Source: Spirochaetia bacterium
GTDB taxonomy: Bacteria; Spirochaetota; Spirochaetia; DSM-2461
Direction: 5' to 3'
Length of the DNA: 64,000 nucleotides
Assembly (NCBI GenBank): GCA_963668315.1
Contig: OY764216.1
Location: 1,632,001 to 1,696,000, forward strand
In this document: one piece after another, positions 60,627 through 64,000 of the stretch
Layout of the letters: each line of letters opens with the position of its first letter
Numbering within the stretch: the first letter of the stretch is position 1
Made by a program: the position numbers and the translations under genes
Notes under the pieces: model-generated
What the model was told of the DNA's origin: nothing
The model's input: only the letters and a program-made list of their open reading frames with translations
Database searches by the model: none

Positions 60627-61541
60627 ATGTCCAGGTGCCCGTATGATTCCCCCCTTATGGTCTTTCTCCTGTTCCTGTTTTCGGCTGTTCCTCTGGTTTC
60701 CCAGGACGCGGAAGGAAACGTGGAGCGCTGGAACCGCCTGCAGAACTATTCGGATTTTTCGGCTTACAGAACCATCGGGGCATTGATGGAGGCCTATCCG
60801 GGAATCGTAACGGACAGATCCCGGCGGAAAGGGGACTGGTCCTTTCTGGTTCGGGGACGGCGTTTTTTCTGGGCCGGGGGGCGGCTGCTCCCCGAAGAAA
60901 ACCTCGTCAGAGCGGATAACTACTCACCGCAGCCCTTCTATGTCTATCCCGGGGATTATGAACCTTACCGCATGCTTTATCTGGGAGAGAGGGAAGAGGA
61001 ACTGAGGCGCCTTGTTGACCTGAGGGAGAGCCGGCCCCTTAACCGGCATCCCGGTTTCTATGATACCCTCTATCGCCTCCGCGACGAGGAGAGCGCCTGG
61101 TCGATGATGAAGACCATCTATTTTCTGGGACACAAGGTCACCCTTCACAGGGATCTTCTTGAGGACCTGGCCCGGGTGGAGGAGACTCTGATCAGGGAGC
61201 TTCCCCGGGATGAGGAGCTGAAGAATTATGTGGACGGCCTCTCCCTCGTCGCGGGATACAGCTGGCGCCCCATAGCAGGGACGGAAAGCCGCAGCAATCA
61301 CTCCTATGGAATCGCCCTGGATTTCATCCCCGCCGATTACGGGGACAGAGACGTTTACTGGCGCTGGTCAAAGGATTTCAACGACCAGTGGTACAACATT
61401 CCCTGGAACCGGATGCACAGACCCCCCGAATCCTTTGTCCGTGCTTTCGAGGCGGAAGGATTTGTCTGGGGCGGTAAGTGGCTCCTATTCGATACCATAC
61501 ATTTCGAATACCGGCCCGAGCTGGAAATCCTCAACCGCTGA
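60627..61541 (+). CDS. M15-family D-Ala-D-Ala metallopeptidase
   Basis: WRPIAGT..RSNHSYGIALD, GFVWGGKW..FDTIHFEYRPE. Confidence 0.88.
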   Translation: MSRCPYDSPLMVFLLFLFSAVPLVSQDAEGNVERWNRLQNYSDFSAYRTIGALMEAYPGIVTDRSRRKGDWSFLVRGRRFFWAGGRLLPEENLVRADNYSPQPFYVYPGDYEPYRMLYLGEREEELRRLVDLRESRPLNRHPGFYDTLYRLRDEESAWSMMKTIYFLGHKVTLHRDLLEDLARVEETLIRELPRDEELKNYVDGLSLVAGYSWRPIAGTESRSNHSYGIALDFIPADYGDRDVYWRWSKDFNDQWYNIPWNRMHRPPESFVRAFEAEGFVWGGKWLLFDTIHFEYRPELEILNR

Positions 61542-62583
61542 GGGAGTGGGCCTTGAAGAGGCAGTAGACCTTTGATCCCTCCCTGAGCTTAAGTTCCTCC
61601 GCCGAATGGGGTGTTATCTCGGCGGTCAGAGTCATTTCTCCTTCCACGCGGCAGAAGAGTTTGTTCTCCAGGGAAATCATCTTCGTCAGGGTTCCGGGAA
61701 TCTGGTTCTGCATGGAGATGTGGGGGGCGTGGGACAGGGACAGGGCTATCTCATGGGGGGGCAGGGTCAGGACATTTCCCTTCTCCGGAGCAAAGGGGAC
61801 TTTCAGAAGGGCCCCGGGAAATTCTTTCACCCTGCAGTCGTACAGGGACGGAGCGGACAGGGTGCTCTCTTCAATGGTGAATGTGTTGACCGGCCCGGAT
61901 TTGAAAAGAACCCTATGGCGGGAATCCATCAGGCTGCCTATGTTACCGAAACCGGAACAGCGCCCCCCCTCGAGAAGGTAAACCGTGGATGTCAGCCTCT
62001 GGATATCGGGCAAGTCATGGCTTATCACCAGCATGGGAATATCCAGGCTGTCGCGAAGTCTTTTGAGATAGGGCAGCATGGTTATCCGGCGGGAGTTGTC
62101 CACCGCATTGAAAGGTTCATCCATAAGGAGCATCTCCGGCGAGGTGAGAAGAGCCCGGCCTATGGCCACCCGCTGCTGTTCTCCCCCTGAGATTGCATAG
62201 GGATAGGAGTCGAGGAGGTCGCCCAGATCCAGAAGATCCAGGGTATCGGATAAACGGATCGTCTCCTTTTTACTATATTTCTGACCGAAGAGCAGATTCT
62301 CCCTTACCGTCATATGGGGAAAAAGGCGCTTATCCTGAAAGACAACGCCCATCCTTCTTTTATGGACCGGCTCGAAAATCCTTTTCTCACTGTCCACAAT
62401 TGTTCTTCCGTTAAGGGTAATTTGCCCTCTGGAGGGATTTTCCAGCCCGCACAGAAGATGGAAGAAGGAGGTCTTTCCCGCTCCGGACGGCCCGAAAACT
62501 CCGGTTATACCCTTTTCGAAAGTTCCCTCCAGCTTCAGAAGAAAATCCCTGCGGGGGAGTTCTACGTCAAATTTCAATGCCAT
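61531..62583 (-). CDS. modC: Molybdate ABC transporter ATPase
   Basis: GPSGAGKT, ISGGEQQRVAIGRAL, C-terminal TOBE domain. Confidence 0.92.
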   Translation of the reverse strand: MALKFDVELPRRDFLLKLEGTFEKGITGVFGPSGAGKTSFFHLLCGLENPSRGQITLNGRTIVDSEKRIFEPVHKRRMGVVFQDKRLFPHMTVRENLLFGQKYSKKETIRLSDTLDLLDLGDLLDSYPYAISGGEQQRVAIGRALLTSPEMLLMDEPFNAVDNSRRITMLPYLKRLRDSLDIPMLVISHDLPDIQRLTSTVYLLEGGRCSGFGNIGSLMDSRHRVLFKSGPVNTFTIEESTLSAPSLYDCRVKEFPGALLKVPFAPEKGNVLTLPPHEIALSLSHAPHISMQNQIPGTLTKMISLENKLFCRVEGEMTLTAEITPHSAEELKLREGSKVYCLFKAHSLSG

Positions 62584-63271
62584 GGCTTCTCTGCCTCCTG
62601 TAGTGCGATTTTCCGTTCAGCCGGGAAGAGAGGAACATGGCCGCGAAGGATACGATAATGGACACCATGACCAGAAGGGCGGCTTCCTTCTCCTTGCCGG
62701 GGATCTGGAGAAAGGAGTAGACCGAGAGGGGAATGGTCCGGGTTTCCCCTTTTATATTTCCCGCGAAAGTCATGGTGGCCCCGAACTCTCCCATGCTTCT
62801 GGCAAATCCCAGAACGGCGCCGTTGATCACGCCGGGCATGATAAGGGGAAGTGTCACCCGCAGAAATACCGATTTCCTGTCGGCTCCCAGCGTCATGGCC
62901 GCCTTTTCCAGGCGGACATCCACCATCTCCATGGACTGCCTGATGCTTCTGACAACCAGGGGAAAGGACACGGTCATGGAGGCGATGACCGCCGCCGCGG
63001 CCGTAAAGGCGATGCGAATACCGAACAGATTAAAGAGAACGGAACCGATGAGCCCCTTCTTCCCCAGAATATAGAGGAGAACGTACCCCGTCGTGACGGG
63101 AGGCATGACCAGGGGCAGGCTGATAATCCCTTCCAGGGCATCCTTGCCCCTTATTCTGCTGTGGACAAGGACATAGACCGTCCCCAGAGCCAGGGGGAGG
63201 TTGATCAGCGTCGCCAGAAAACCGACTTTCAGTGACAGAAAAAGGGTTTCCAGTACATCGGTTCCGCTCAT
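62567..63271 (-). CDS. modB: Molybdate ABC transporter permease
   Basis: LPLVMPPVTTG, FARSMGEFGAT. Confidence 0.94.
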   Translation of the reverse strand: MSGTDVLETLFLSLKVGFLATLINLPLALGTVYVLVHSRIRGKDALEGIISLPLVMPPVTTGYVLLYILGKKGLIGSVLFNLFGIRIAFTAAAAVIASMTVSFPLVVRSIRQSMEMVDVRLEKAAMTLGADRKSVFLRVTLPLIMPGVINGAVLGFARSMGEFGATMTFAGNIKGETRTIPLSVYSFLQIPGKEKEAALLVMVSIIVSFAAMFLSSRLNGKSHYRRQRSHGIEI

Positions 63272-63273
63272 GC

Positions 63274-64000
63274 CTACTCTCCGTCTATCAGACTGAAACC
63301 GTATTTGGCGTAAAGTTCCTTGACTTCGTCCGACTCAAGGAGGAAGCGGTAGAACATTTCCCCCTCCGGTGAGCTGTCTTTGAGCAGGGCGGTGTAGTAG
63401 TGGATGGGGGTGTGCGATTCCTCGGGAAACCGTCCCACGATAACGACTTTGTCCGATTTGGCCGCATCCGTTTCATAAACGATGCCCCGTTCCGCCTCAT
63501 CCCGCTCTACCACGGCCATGGCCGACCTGACGTCGGTGCCGGGCAGGAAGCGGTCCTCCAGGGAACCGGTCCATCCGAAGTAATCCAGAGCTTCCATGGC
63601 GTATTTCCCCGCGGGGACATGGGCCGGGTCTCCTATGGAGAGGCGCCCGGAGAAGCTGTCCGGAAAGGGGAGGGAACTGTTGATTTCCGAGACGCTGGCG
63701 TCCGTTCCCAGGGGGGCAATGAGGACCAGCTTGTTCTTTATGAAGGAGGTGCTTTCCGAAGCGGCGCCCAGCTCATTCACATAGGTCATCCATTTTTCGG
63801 AAGCCGAAATATACACATCCACCGGGGCGCCCTCTTCTATCTGCTTTGCCAGGGTCCCGCTCGATGCGGGATTGATTTTTACTTCGACTCCCGTTTCCCC
63901 TTGGAAAAGAGAACCGATATCCTCAACCAGATCGGTCGTACTGGCGGCGGCAAACAGGGTAATGCTGCCTGTCCCTTCCGAAGGCGAAGCTTTTTCCGCA
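63274..64000 (-). CDS. modA: Molybdate-binding protein (start lies outside the window)
   Basis: FAAASTTD, SSGTLAKQIEEGAPVDVYISA, GDPAHVPAGKYA, VYETDA. Confidence 0.92.
   Translation of the reverse strand, partial: AEKASPSEGTGSITLFAAASTTDLVEDIGSLFQGETGVEVKINPASSGTLAKQIEEGAPVDVYISASEKWMTYVNELGAASESTSFIKNKLVLIAPLGTDASVSEINSSLPFPDSFSGRLSIGDPAHVPAGKYAMEALDYFGWTGSLEDRFLPGTDVRSAMAVVERDEAERGIVYETDAAKSDKVVIVGRFPEESHTPIHYYTALLKDSSPEGEMFYRFLLESDEVKELYAKYGFSLIDGE

Overview
Bacterial chromosome segment, probably from a free-living anaerobic spirochaete (inferred from protein style, lipoproteins and an MCP; not verified by search). The left end carries a hexuronate operon (GntR/FadR regulator-uxaB-uxaA), an IS256-family element, an MCP and a MarR/CDF metal-efflux pair. 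The right third (39.4-64 kb) is mostly housekeeping and sugar metabolism: hisD, a short purH, xylAB, a PfkB/LacI pair, leuS, yigZ and modABC. Between them (~9-39.3 kb) lies an AT-richer accessory region anchored on a minus-strand tRNA-Leu(GAG) at 39251-39334. The main result is a tandem array of at least three integrated cassettes downstream of this tRNA. The two complete internal junctions (27719-28007, 31475-31828) are built like full tyrosine-integrase attP sites: a tRNA 3' half cut at the anticodon loop, the tRNA terminator, and tandem 12-bp arm-type repeats on both sides. No integrase is encoded anywhere in the window. The cargo is signalling, efflux and regulatory genes plus broken umuDC, toxin-antitoxin, receiver and GGDEF genes. 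Older junction relics lie at 22387, 19055 and 38095. Other notable signals are a conserved ~165-nt U-rich leader on two RRM genes, a shared GTCC-N14-GGACGA motif upstream of lipoprotein genes, many apparently leaderless genes, and a candidate metal-regulated small RNA or attenuator.
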